Assembly: GCA_043722155.1 (NCBI GenBank)
Contig: JAYSPJ010000186.1
Span: 1 to 48,448 of the forward strand
DNA: 48,448 bases
Direction of reading: 5' to 3'
Source: Bradyrhizobium sp.
GTDB taxonomy: Bacteria > Pseudomonadota > Alphaproteobacteria > Rhizobiales > Xanthobacteraceae
The notes under the pieces are model-generated. The model was not told the origin of the DNA. It worked only from the letters and a program-made list of their open reading frames with translations, and made no database searches. Positions within the stretch are counted from its first letter, which is position 1. The number at the start of each line of letters is the position of its first letter. This document shows, piece after piece, positions 7,791 to 17,272 of the stretch. The position numbers and the translations under genes are program-made.

Positions 7791-10700
7791 ATGGGAATCA
7801 ATCAAGGTCCGATCAGTCTCGACCAGAAGTACACCCAGGGGTCGGGCCACGTCTTCATGACGGGAATTCAGGCGTTGGTCCGCCTGCCGATGGCGCAGAT
7901 CCGCCGCGACCGCGCCGCCGGGCTCAACACCGCCGGTTTTGTGACGGGATACCGCGGCTCGCCGCTCGGGGGCTACGACCAGCAGCTGTTCGCCGCGCGA
8001 AAACACCTCGACCAGTACAACGTCAAATTCCAGCCCGGCGTGAACGAAGACCTCGCGGCCACCGCGATCTGGGGCTCGCAGCAGCTCAATTTGTCGAAGG
8101 GCGCCCGCCACGACGGCGTGGTCGGCATCTGGTACGGCAAGGGTCCCGGCGTCGACCGCTGCGGCGACGTGTTCCGTCACGGCAATGCCGCGGGCTCCGC
8201 CAAGACCGGCGGCGTGCTGTGCCTCGCCGGCGACGATCACGGCGCCAAATCCTCCACCGTGCCACATCAGTCCGACCACGCCTTCATCTCGGCGCTGATG
8301 CCCTACCTTTATCCTTCCAGCATCCATGAAATGATCGAGATGGGCCTGTTGGGTATCGCGATGTCGCGCTATTCGGGCTGCTGGGTCGGCATGAAGGTGA
8401 TCACCGAGACCGTGGAGACCACGGCGGAGATCGATCTCGCCGACGAAACAAAGCCCTTCATCATCCCGACCGACTTCGAGATGCCGCCGGGCGGGCTCAA
8501 CCTGCGCTGGCCCGACGACCGCTACGAGCAGGACCGTCGCCTGCAGGACTACAAGGGCTTTGCCGCGGTCGCGTTTGCCCGCGCTAACAAGGTCAACCGC
8601 ATCACCATGGATTCGCCGAACGCGCGGTTCGGCATCATGGCGTCGGGCAAGAGCTACGAGGACATCAGGCAGGCGCTGCGCGAACTCGGAATCACCCCGG
8701 AAGTGGCTGCCAGGATTGGTCTGCGGCTCTACAAGATCGGCATGCCGTGGCCGCTGGAGCCGCAGGGCGTGCGCGAATTCGCGCTCGGTCTCGAAGAGAT
8801 TTTCATCATCGAAGAGCGCCGCGAGATCGTCGAAAATCAGGTGAAGCAGGAGCTGTTCAACTGGCGCAACGATGTCCGCCCGCGCATCGTCGGCAAGATG
8901 GATGAGCACGACAAGCGCTTCCTTCCCTTCGCCGAAGAGTTGAGCGTCGCCTCGTTGGCAAGCTCGCTCACCGAGCGGCTGCTGCGGCTCAATCTCAATC
9001 CCGAAATCGCGGCGATGCTGCGCGCCAAGGCCGACTGGTTCAACGGCCGCCTCGCGAGCCAGATGCAGCCGGCATCGCCGATCACCCGCACGCCGTATTT
9101 CTGCTCGGGCTGTCCGCACAACACCTCCACCAAGGTGCCGGAGGGCAGCCGCGCCTTTGCCGGCATCGGCTGTCACTTCATGGCGCTGTGGATGGACCGC
9201 AACACCGAGACCTTCACCCATATGGGCGGCGAGGGCGTGCCGTGGGTCGGCGTCGCCCCCTTTACCGACGAACAGCACGTGTTCGCCAATATAGGCGACG
9301 GCACCTATTTCCATTCCGGCAGTCTGGCGATCCGTCAGGCGGTCGCCTCCGGCGCCAACATCACCTACAAGATTCTCTACAACGACGCGACCGCGATGAC
9401 CGGCGGCCAGCATGTCGATGGCGATCTGTCGCCGCAGCAGATCACCTTCCAGCTGCACTCCGAAGGCATCCGCGACATCTACCTGGTGTCGGAAAATCCC
9501 GATGCGTACCCGGCTTCCGACATCGCGCCGGGCACCAGGACCGCGCACCGCGACGAACTCGACGCCGTCCAGAAGACGCTGCGCCAGGTCAAGGGCGCGT
9601 CGGCCCTCGTGTTCGTGCAGACCTGTGCCGCCGAAAAGCGCCGCCGCCGCAAGCGCGGCACGCTGGAGGATCCGGCGCGCCGCGTCATGATCAATCCCGC
9701 GGTCTGCGAAGGCTGCGGCGATTGCTCGGTGCAGTCGAACTGCATCTCGGTGGAGCCGCTGGAGACCGAGATGGGTCGCAAGCGCGCCATCAACCAGTCG
9801 ACCTGCAACAAGGATTATTCCTGCGTGAAGGGATTTTGTCCGTCGTTCGTCACGGTCGATGGCGGCAAGCTGCGCAAGCGCGCGCCGGCCGGCCTCGGCG
9901 ATATCGGCGAACTGCCGGAACCGGCTTCGAGGCCGACGCTGGACCGTCCCTACAACGTCGCGGTCGGCGGCGTCGGCGGCACCGGCGTCTTGACCATCGG
10001 CGCGCTGCTCGGCATGGCCGCCCATATCGAGGGCAAGGCCAGCATGATCCTCGACATGTCCGGCCTCGCGCAAAAGGGCGGCGCGGTGCTCAGCCATGTC
10101 CGGCTGTCCGAGCATACCGCCGACGTCACCTGTTCGCGCATCGTCACCGGCACCGCCGATCTGGTGCTGGCCGCCGACGAGGTCGTGGCCGCCGCCAGGG
10201 AAACCATGACGCTGTGCGAATCCAGCCGCACCTACGGCGTCATCAACACGCATTTGATTCCGATCGCGGATTTCATCCTGAACCGCGATTTCAATTTCCA
10301 GAGCCGCAAGGTCAACCACGTGCTGGAGACCGCGCTGCGCAAGGACTCCTCGTTCTTCGATTTCACCAAGCCCGCCGAGGTGCTGCTCGGCGATTCCATC
10401 GCCACCAACATGATGATGATGGGGTATGCCTACCAGAAGGGACTGCTGCCGCTGTCGGCCAGGTCGATCGAGCAGGCGATCGAGGTCAACGGCGTCGCGA
10501 TCAGGATGAACACCCAGGCGTTTCAGCTCGGGCGTCTGGCCGCCGCCGATCCGGCGCGGCTGGTGGCGATGATGAAGGGCCAGGATGACACGGTGGCGCC
10601 GAAGACGCTGGAGGCGATGTCGCTCGACGAGATCATCGGCCATCGCAGCGCGCTGCTGACCGACTACCAGGACGGCAAGCTCGCCGACCGCTATCGCGCG

Positions 10701-11282
10701 CTGGTGGCGAGGGTGCGCAACGCCGCGCTCGATGGCGGCTTCGGTGAAGCCCTGCCGCGCGCCGTCGCGATCAACTACGCCAAACTGCTCGCCTACAAGG
10801 ACGAGTACGAGGTGGCGCGGCTCTTTACCGACGGGCGCTTTGAAAAGCAGCTGCGCGACCAGTTCGACGGCGATTTCAAATTCAGTTTCAATCTGGCGCC
10901 GCCATTGCTCGGCGGAGGTGTCGACGCGCTGGGCCGGCCGAAGAAGCGCGCGTTCGGCGCCTGGATGTTACGGGTGTTCCGGGGCCTGGCGAAGCTGCGC
11001 GGCCTGCGCGGCACGGCGTTCGATATCTTCGGCTACAGCGCCGACCGCAGGATGGAACGTGAACTCATCGCAGCTTACGAGAAGGACGTCGCCACCGTGC
11101 TCGGCCTGCTGTCGCCGGTCACGCTCGATACCGCGATCGAAATCCTCGCGCTGCCCGACCGCATCCGCGGCTACGGGCCGGTGAAGGAGAAGGCGGTGCA
11201 GGCTGCGAAAATCCGCTATGCGGAATTAGCCGGAGACCTCGTCAGCCCGCCGCCGGCGCCCCGACAGATCGCGGCGGAATAG
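7791..11282 (+). CDS. Indolepyruvate:ferredoxin oxidoreductase family protein (fused alpha/beta)
   Basis: GYRGSPLGG, NEDLAAT, FCSGCPHN, GDGT TPP motif, CEGCGDC ferredoxin motif, GVGGTGV, GLAQKGG, YKDEYEVARL. Confidence 0.95.
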   Translation: MGINQGPISLDQKYTQGSGHVFMTGIQALVRLPMAQIRRDRAAGLNTAGFVTGYRGSPLGGYDQQLFAARKHLDQYNVKFQPGVNEDLAATAIWGSQQLNLSKGARHDGVVGIWYGKGPGVDRCGDVFRHGNAAGSAKTGGVLCLAGDDHGAKSSTVPHQSDHAFISALMPYLYPSSIHEMIEMGLLGIAMSRYSGCWVGMKVITETVETTAEIDLADETKPFIIPTDFEMPPGGLNLRWPDDRYEQDRRLQDYKGFAAVAFARANKVNRITMDSPNARFGIMASGKSYEDIRQALRELGITPEVAARIGLRLYKIGMPWPLEPQGVREFALGLEEIFIIEERREIVENQVKQELFNWRNDVRPRIVGKMDEHDKRFLPFAEELSVASLASSLTERLLRLNLNPEIAAMLRAKADWFNGRLASQMQPASPITRTPYFCSGCPHNTSTKVPEGSRAFAGIGCHFMALWMDRNTETFTHMGGEGVPWVGVAPFTDEQHVFANIGDGTYFHSGSLAIRQAVASGANITYKILYNDATAMTGGQHVDGDLSPQQITFQLHSEGIRDIYLVSENPDAYPASDIAPGTRTAHRDELDAVQKTLRQVKGASALVFVQTCAAEKRRRRKRGTLEDPARRVMINPAVCEGCGDCSVQSNCISVEPLETEMGRKRAINQSTCNKDYSCVKGFCPSFVTVDGGKLRKRAPAGLGDIGELPEPASRPTLDRPYNVAVGGVGGTGVLTIGALLGMAAHIEGKASMILDMSGLAQKGGAVLSHVRLSEHTADVTCSRIVTGTADLVLAADEVVAAARETMTLCESSRTYGVINTHLIPIADFILNRDFNFQSRKVNHVLETALRKDSSFFDFTKPAEVLLGDSIATNMMMMGYAYQKGLLPLSARSIEQAIEVNGVAIRMNTQAFQLGRLAAADPARLVAMMKGQDDTVAPKTLEAMSLDEIIGHRSALLTDYQDGKLADRYRALVARVRNAALDGGFGEALPRAVAINYAKLLAYKDEYEVARLFTDGRFEKQLRDQFDGDFKFSFNLAPPLLGGGVDALGRPKKRAFGAWMLRVFRGLAKLRGLRGTAFDIFGYSADRRMERELIAAYEKDVATVLGLLSPVTLDTAIEILALPDRIRGYGPVKEKAVQAAKIRYAELAGDLVSPPPAPRQIAAE

Positions 11283-11365
11283 GGCTTTGCGATTTGGGGC
11301 GCTTGCCAATCCGGGCCTGACGCGCGAAGACATTCGCTGGGAAGAAACACCAGCGGAGAGTTTTA

Positions 11366-12514
11366 TTGACCATCAAGGGCAAGGCCTACATTGCCGGGAT
11401 CTACGAGCATCCGACCCGGCACGCACCCGATAAATCCACCGCACAGTTGCATGCCGAAGTCGCCAAGGGCGCCATTGAAGACGCCGGGCTGACCAAGGCC
11501 GATATCGACGGCTATTTCTGCGCCGGCGACGCCCCCGGCGGGCTCTGGCCGATGGTCGATTACCTCGGTCTCAGGGTTCGCCACATGGATTCCACCGAGA
11601 CCGGTGGCTGTTCCTATTTGATCCATCTCGGCCACGCCGCCGAAGCCATCGCCGCCGGCAAATGCTCGATCGCGCTGATCACGCTGGCCGGCAAACCGCG
11701 CACCGGGGCGATGCCGCCGCGCGCGCAGGGCGCCGAGGCCGATTTCGAGACGGCCTACGGGGCGACCACGCATAACGCTTACGGCATGTGTGCCATGCGC
11801 CACATGCACGACTACGGCACCACCAGCGAGCAACTGGCCTGGATCAAGGTGGCCGCGTCCCATCACGCCCAGTACAATCCCCATGCGATGCTCCGCGACG
11901 TCGTCACCGTCGAGGACGTGCTGAATTCGCCGATGATCTCCGATCCGTTGCACCGGCTCGACTGCTGCGTCGTCTCCGACGGCGGCGGCGCGCTGATCGT
12001 CACCACCCCTGAAATCGCCAGGAGCCTGAAGAAGCCGCTGGTGCGCCTGATCGGCCACGGCGAGGCGATGAAGGGCCCGCGCGGCGGCAAGGATCTCGAT
12101 CTGACCTACTCCGCCGGCGTCTGGTCCGGCCCGCGCGCCTTCGAAGAGGCCGGCGTCACGCCGAAGGATATCAAATACGCCTCGATCTACGACAGCTTCA
12201 CCATCACGGTGCTGATGCAGCTGGAGGACCTCGGCTTCTGCAAGAAGGGCGAGGGCGGCAAGTTCGTTTCCGACGGCAACCTGATTTCCGGCGTCGGCAA
12301 GCTGCCGTTCAACACCGACGGCGGCGGTCTCTGCAGCAATCATCCCGTCAACCGCGGCGGCATGACAAAGATCATCGAAGCGGTGCGGCAGCTGCGCGGC
12401 GAAGCGCATCCGAAGGTACAGGTGCCGAACTGCGATCTCGCCATCGCCCACGGCACCGGCGGCCTGCTCGGCGTGCGTCACGCCGCCTCAACCTGCATTC
12501 TGGAGCGTGCGTAA
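11366..12514 (+). CDS. SCP2-type thiolase-like protein (possibly a retro-aldolase)
   Basis: TTG start after GGAG; HAQYNPHAM, DCCVVSDGGGA, IYDSFT, NTDGGGL, EAVRQLRG motifs. Confidence 0.88.
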   Translation: MTIKGKAYIAGIYEHPTRHAPDKSTAQLHAEVAKGAIEDAGLTKADIDGYFCAGDAPGGLWPMVDYLGLRVRHMDSTETGGCSYLIHLGHAAEAIAAGKCSIALITLAGKPRTGAMPPRAQGAEADFETAYGATTHNAYGMCAMRHMHDYGTTSEQLAWIKVAASHHAQYNPHAMLRDVVTVEDVLNSPMISDPLHRLDCCVVSDGGGALIVTTPEIARSLKKPLVRLIGHGEAMKGPRGGKDLDLTYSAGVWSGPRAFEEAGVTPKDIKYASIYDSFTITVLMQLEDLGFCKKGEGGKFVSDGNLISGVGKLPFNTDGGGLCSNHPVNRGGMTKIIEAVRQLRGEAHPKVQVPNCDLAIAHGTGGLLGVRHAASTCILERA

Positions 12515-12903
12515 TGGCTGAAGCAAAGAAATATCCGGCGCCGCAGGGCAATCCCGAAACCGCGCCGTTCTGGGAAGCGGCCAAGCAGGGCAAGTTCCTG
12601 ATCAAGCGCTGTACCGCCTGCGGCGAGCCGCATTACTTTCCACGCGCGATCTGCCCGTTCTGTTTTTCCGACCAGACGGTGTGGGAGGAAAGCTCGGGCG
12701 AGGGCGAGATCTACACCTTCAGCCTGATGCGCAAATCCCCGACCGGGCCCTATGCGATCGGCTACGTCACGCTGAAGGAAGGCCCGTCGGTGCAGACCAA
12801 TTTCGTCGACTGCGAGCTGGAGAAGCTGAAGATCGGGCAAAAGGTAAAAGTGGTGTTCAAGCCGACCGACGGCGCGCCGCTGCCGTTCTTTACGCCGGTG
12901 TAG
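12514..12903 (+). CDS. Zn-ribbon/OB-fold (DUF35) protein
   Basis: PFWEAA, CxxC-x10-CPxC, GEIYTFS, PYAIGYVTLKEG; TAATG overlap with the thiolase-like gene. Confidence 0.93.
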   Translation: MAEAKKYPAPQGNPETAPFWEAAKQGKFLIKRCTACGEPHYFPRAICPFCFSDQTVWEESSGEGEIYTFSLMRKSPTGPYAIGYVTLKEGPSVQTNFVDCELEKLKIGQKVKVVFKPTDGAPLPFFTPV

Positions 12904-12908
12904 TTCTT

Positions 12909-13059
12909 CCCTTCTCCCCTTGCGGGAGAAGGTGGCAGCCGCAGGCTGCCGGATGAGGGGTCGCTATCCGCGGGCGAAGATCTACCCGCTGAGCCAACCC
13001 CTCACCCTACTGAGTTTGTTGCCGATGGCGGAGATGCCCTCTCCCACAAGGGGAGAGGG
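12909..13059. repeat. Intergenic palindromic repeat (CCCTCTCCC...GGGAGAGGG family)
   Basis: Terminal hairpins cttctccccttgcgggagaag and ccctctcccacaaggggagaggg. Confidence 0.8.
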
Positions 13060-13112
13060 CGATGCGACTGGCATCGGTTAAAAGAAAAGAAATTCGGGGA
13101 GCACGCAAAAAA

Positions 13113-13973
13113 ATGCCGATCAAGTACGACGAGCTGATGGCGCTGAAAAACCTCGGCCAGAAATACGCCTACACCGATCGCGAGGTGATGCTGTACGCCT
13201 ATGGCATCGGGATGGGCGCCGATCCCATGGACGAGAAGGAACTCGCCTTCGTCAACGAGGCCACAGCCACGCCGCGCGCCCTGAAAGTCGTGCCGACCTT
13301 TGCGTCGGTCGCGGCCTGGGGCGCCGGGCCCGGCGAGATGAATCTCAACCGCGTCATGGTCGTCGACGGCGAGCGCGACATCACCTTTCACAAGCCATTG
13401 GCTACGGCGGCGCACATCACCGCCGATTCCACGGTGCTCGACGTGTTCGACAAGGGCAAGGACAAGGGCGCGGTGATCCGCCACAAGACCGTGCTGCGCG
13501 ACGACAAGGGCGAGCCGCTGGCGACGCTGGTGGCATCGCGCTTCGCGCGCGGCGACGGTGGCTTCGGCGGGCCTTCCGAAGGCCAGCCCGAACCGCACAA
13601 GGTGCCGACCCGTGCCCCGGACAAGATCGTTGATATCACGACGCGTCCGGACCAGGCGCTCGTGTATCGTCTTTGCGGCGACCGCAATCCGCTGCACTCG
13701 GATCCTGAATTCGCAAAACGCGCGGGCTTCCCGGCGCCGATCCTGCACGGCATGTGCACCTATGGCATCACCTGCCGCGGTGTGCTGCAGACCTATGCCG
13801 ACTACGACGCCAGCGCCTTCAAGCAGCACGCGGTGCGGTTCTCCTCGCCGGTGTATCCCGGCGAGACCGTGACCATGGAAATGTGGAAGGACGGCAACGT
13901 GATTTCGTTCGAAGCCAAGGTGAAGTCGCGCAACGTTACGGTGATCAAAAGCGGCAGGACGGTGCTGGGATAA
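13113..13973 (+). CDS. MaoC double-hotdog (R)-specific enoyl-CoA hydratase
   Basis: Hydratase-2 motif YRLCGDRNPLHSDP, PILHGMCTYG, RFSSPVYPGE. Confidence 0.92.
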   Translation: MPIKYDELMALKNLGQKYAYTDREVMLYAYGIGMGADPMDEKELAFVNEATATPRALKVVPTFASVAAWGAGPGEMNLNRVMVVDGERDITFHKPLATAAHITADSTVLDVFDKGKDKGAVIRHKTVLRDDKGEPLATLVASRFARGDGGFGGPSEGQPEPHKVPTRAPDKIVDITTRPDQALVYRLCGDRNPLHSDPEFAKRAGFPAPILHGMCTYGITCRGVLQTYADYDASAFKQHAVRFSSPVYPGETVTMEMWKDGNVISFEAKVKSRNVTVIKSGRTVLG

Positions 13974-13979
13974 TTCGCC

Positions 13980-14080
13980 CGTCATTCCGGGATGGTCCGA
14001 AGGACCAGATCACAGGTGCGCAATTGCGCACCGGGCAATATCGAGATTCCGGGTTCGCGCTCGCGCGCGCCCCGGAATGA
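13980..14080. repeat. CGTC-type REP-like element, copy 1
   Basis: cgtcattccggg...ccggaatga termini; internal ggtgcgcaattgcgcacc palindrome; near reverse-complement of 14992-15095. Confidence 0.88.
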
Positions 14081-14105
14081 TCACAACTAGCAGGGGGAAA
14101 ACATC

Positions 14106-14984
14106 ATGGGATTGCTCGACGGCAAGGTTGCGCTGATCACCGGCGCGGGTGGCGGGCTCGGTGAGGCCTATGCAAAGCTGTTCGCACGCGAGGGCGCGGC
14201 CGTCGTGGTCAACGACCTCGGTGGCCCCCGCGACGGCAGCGGCGCCGACCTCTCGATGGCGCAGAAGGTGGTCAATGCCATCAAGGCCGAGGGCGGCCGC
14301 GCGGTCGCCAACGGCGCCGATATCTCGACCATGGCCGGCGGCCAGTCGGTATTCGACGACGCCATCAAGAATTTCGGCCGCGCCGATATCCTCGTCAACA
14401 ACGCCGGCATCCTGCTCGACCAGACGTTTGCCAAGGCGACCGAGGCCGGTTGGGACAAGGTTCTGAAGGTACATCTGAAGGGAACTTTTTGCGTCACCCA
14501 GCCGGTGTTCCGCTGGATGCGGGAAAACGGCGGCGGCGTCATCGTCAATACTTCCTCGACCTCGGGTCTGATCGGCAATTTCGGCCAGAGCAATTACGGC
14601 GCCGCCAAGGGCGGCATCTGGGGCCTGTCCAACGTGCTGGCGATCGAGGGCCGCAAATACAACATCCGGATCTGGACCCTGGCGCCGGGCGCGCTGACCC
14701 GCATGACCGCCGACTTGCCGCGCTATATCGAGAACCCCAAGGCCGCTCTTGGGCCTGATGGGATCGCCCCGGCCGTGCTATACATGGTCAGCGAACTCTC
14801 GGGCGACCAGACCGGCAAGACGCTCGGCGTCTCCGGCCCGCGCGGGGTGCGGGAAATGCGGATGATGGAAAAGGAAGGCTGGAAGCCGCCGCACGAGGGA
14901 TGGAAGGCGCAGGATATCGCCGAGCATGCCAAGGACATCTTCTTCACCGAAGAAGAGATCAAGATGGGCGCGCGGCGGTTTTGA
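14106..14984 (+). CDS. SDR family oxidoreductase (MFE-2/HSD17B4 dehydrogenase-like)
   Basis: TGAGGGLG, VVVNDLG, NNAG, GNFGQSNYGAAK (YxxxK). Confidence 0.93.
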   Translation: MGLLDGKVALITGAGGGLGEAYAKLFAREGAAVVVNDLGGPRDGSGADLSMAQKVVNAIKAEGGRAVANGADISTMAGGQSVFDDAIKNFGRADILVNNAGILLDQTFAKATEAGWDKVLKVHLKGTFCVTQPVFRWMRENGGGVIVNTSSTSGLIGNFGQSNYGAAKGGIWGLSNVLAIEGRKYNIRIWTLAPGALTRMTADLPRYIENPKAALGPDGIAPAVLYMVSELSGDQTGKTLGVSGPRGVREMRMMEKEGWKPPHEGWKAQDIAEHAKDIFFTEEEIKMGARRF

Positions 14985-14991
14985 GAGTCGC

Positions 14992-15095
14992 CGTCATTCC
15001 GGGGCGATGCGCAGCATCGAACCCGGAAACTCGAGATTCCCCGGTGCGCAATTGCGCACCTGGGGTCTGGTCCTTCGGACCATCCCGGAATGACG
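14992..15095. repeat. CGTC-type REP-like element, copy 2 (inverted relative to copy 1)
   Basis: cgtcattccgggg...cccggaatgacg termini; same internal modules in reverse order. Confidence 0.88.
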
Positions 15096-15114
15096 ACAGG
15101 AACAGAGGCAACAC

Positions 15115-16071
15115 ATGACAAAACTCACCCACAAGGCCGCCGGCACCTTCGCGATTGCGCCGACGCCGTTCCACGATGACGGCCGCATTGACGAGAAATC
15201 GATCGACCGGCTGACCGACTTCTACGCCGAGGTCGGCTGCGACGGCGTCACGGTGCTGGGCATTCTGGGCGAGGCGCCGAAGCTCGATGCCGCCGAGGCC
15301 GAGCAGGTCGCAGTCCGTTTTGTCAAACGCGCGAAAAACATGCAGATCATCGTCGGCGTTTCCGCGCCGGGCTTTGCCACCATGCGTTCGCTGGCGCAAA
15401 AATCGATGGATGCCGGCGCCGCCGGCGTCATGATCGCGCCGCCGCCGCATCTGCGCACCGACGATCAGATCACGGGTTATTTCAAGCAGGCCCAGGAAGC
15501 GATCGGCGAGGACATTCCCTGGGTGCTGCAGGATTATCCGCTGACCCTGACGGTGGTGTTCACGCCCGCGGTGATCCGCAAGATCGTGATGGACTCACCG
15601 TCCTGCGTGATGCTCAAGCATGAGGACTGGCCGGGACTGGAGAAGATTTCGGCGCTACGCGCATTCCAGAAGGACGGTTCGCTGCGGCCGCTGTCGATCC
15701 TGGTCGGCAATGGCGGGTTGTTCCTCGATTTCGAGATGGAGCGCGGCGCCGACGGCGCCATGACCGGCTATGCCTTCCCGGAACTGCTGATCGACGTCGT
15801 AAAGCTGTCGAAGGCCGGCAAGCGCGACGCCGCGCACGATCTGTTCGACGCGCATCTGCCGCTGATCCGCTACGAGCAGCAGCCCGGCGCGGGCCTCGCG
15901 GTGCGCAAATATGTGCTGCAGAAGCGCGGCGTGATCGCTTCATCGGCGCAACGCAAGCCGGGCGCCGCCATCACCGCCACTGCGAAGGCCGATGTCGATT
16001 ATCTCTTGTCCCGCGTCGCCCGGGTCGACAAGCGCGCCAATCTGCAGCCGCAGGCCAGCGCGGCGGAATGA
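15115..16071 (+). CDS. Dihydrodipicolinate synthase (DapA/NAL) family aldolase-like protein
   Basis: PTPFHDDGRID, LGILGE, MIAPP, Schiff-base Lys in MLKHED, GADGAMTG. Confidence 0.88.
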   Translation: MTKLTHKAAGTFAIAPTPFHDDGRIDEKSIDRLTDFYAEVGCDGVTVLGILGEAPKLDAAEAEQVAVRFVKRAKNMQIIVGVSAPGFATMRSLAQKSMDAGAAGVMIAPPPHLRTDDQITGYFKQAQEAIGEDIPWVLQDYPLTLTVVFTPAVIRKIVMDSPSCVMLKHEDWPGLEKISALRAFQKDGSLRPLSILVGNGGLFLDFEMERGADGAMTGYAFPELLIDVVKLSKAGKRDAAHDLFDAHLPLIRYEQQPGAGLAVRKYVLQKRGVIASSAQRKPGAAITATAKADVDYLLSRVARVDKRANLQPQASAAE

Positions 16072-16077
16072 CAAAAT

Positions 16078-16177
16078 CCTCATGGAGAGGAGCGCGCCCT
16101 CGCGCGCGTCTCGAGCCATGAGAGTCCACATGCCTCATCCTTCGAGACGCGGCCAAAGAGGCAGCTCCCCAGGATGA
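16078..16177. repeat. Intergenic palindromic repeat (CCTCAT...GAGGAGC/TTCGAGACG family)
   Basis: cctcatggagaggagcgcg...gcgcgtctcga and cctcatccttcgagacgc...caggatga arms. Confidence 0.7.
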
Positions 16178-16200
16178 AATCCCTACCGGAGTGAGATCTC

Positions 16201-17025
16201 ATGTCCACCGAACCCGCCAAACCGCCGCGCGAGGCGTCGACCATCATGCTGCTGCGCGACAGCGCCGCCGCGCCCGACGACAACGGTCGCGGGGAAATCG
16301 AGGTCTTCATGATGGTGCGCCATTATGAGATCGACTTTAATTCGGGCGCGCTGGTGTTTCCCGGCGGCAGCGTCGACAAGGGCGATCAGGAGATCATCGC
16401 CAATCCCGCGCTTTATTCCGGCGGCGAGGGGCTCGATGCGTCTGCCTTGAGCTTCCGGATCGCAGCGATCCGTGAAACCTTTGAAGAAAGCGGCATCTTG
16501 CTGGCGCGTCCGAAGGGATCGAAGGCGCTGGTCGATGCCAAACGGGCTGGCGAGATCGAAGCCGCCCATCGCGCTGATTTATGCGAGAGCAAGATCACAT
16601 TTCTAAGAGTGCTGACCGACAACGGCATGGTGCTGGCGCTCGATGAACTCGTGCCCTATGCGCACTGGATCACGCCGGAGGGCATGCCGAAGCGGTTTGA
16701 CACCTGGTTCTTCCTCGCCGCGGCGCCGCCGGAGCAGGCCGGCGCCCATGACGGCAAGGAATCCACCGATTCGATCTGGGTGTCGCCGCGCGAGGCTCTG
16801 GAGGGCGGCAACAGCGGACGGTTCAAGTTGCCGTTCCCGACCACCCGCAACCTGATCCGGCTCGGCAAGCAGCCGAATGTGAAGGCCGCGCTCGACGATT
16901 CCAGGGGCAAGCCCATCGTCACGGTAATGCCAGTCATGACCAGGCTGAACGGCGGCCGTCAGCTTCGCATTCCTCTGGAAGCCGGCTACGACGGCGATCT
17001 GTTCGAGGTCGGCGCTGCCGGCTGA
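16201..17025 (+). CDS. NUDIX hydrolase (NUDT19-like, probable acyl-CoA diphosphatase)
   Basis: VFPGG, AAIRETFEESG Nudix box, HWITP, RFDTWFF, LPFPT. Confidence 0.88.
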   Translation: MSTEPAKPPREASTIMLLRDSAAAPDDNGRGEIEVFMMVRHYEIDFNSGALVFPGGSVDKGDQEIIANPALYSGGEGLDASALSFRIAAIRETFEESGILLARPKGSKALVDAKRAGEIEAAHRADLCESKITFLRVLTDNGMVLALDELVPYAHWITPEGMPKRFDTWFFLAAAPPEQAGAHDGKESTDSIWVSPREALEGGNSGRFKLPFPTTRNLIRLGKQPNVKAALDDSRGKPIVTVMPVMTRLNGGRQLRIPLEAGYDGDLFEVGAAG

Positions 17026-17028
17026 CGG

Positions 17029-17186
17029 CGTTCCCCGGACGCTGCGCAGCGCCATAAGCGCGTTTACGTGCGTCTTCGCCACGCTATGGCGATGCGCTGT
17101 TGATCCGGAGTCCATTCCAGCGGCATGAATTCATGGGTCCCGGCTCTGCGGAGCAGCGTTGCACGCTGCACCGCGTCCAGGGCACG
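17029..17186. repeat. Intergenic palindromic repeat (CGTGTCCCGG/GGTCCCGGCTCTGCG-like family)
   Basis: cgttccccggacgctgcgcagcg ... cgctgcaccgcgtccagggcacg imperfect inverted termini. Confidence 0.7.
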
Positions 17187-17272
17187 GGAACACTTCGGTT
17201 CATGACGAAGTATTCCAGCTGTCCATCCTGTAGTGTCCGTCTCGACAGCATTGAGAACATCCCAACATCGCC

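Noticed and set aside
7755-10643. 962-aa antisense ORF and similar long shadow ORFs (e.g. 11363..12481, 26267..27877, 36911..38386, 44842..46125)
   Set aside because: They mirror well-supported genes on the opposite strand, a common high-GC codon artefact, and show no recognisable motifs
12909-17186. Recurrent repeats considered as a possible CRISPR array
   Set aside because: The repeats belong to different families, are separated by whole genes rather than 30-40-nt spacers, and no cas genes are present
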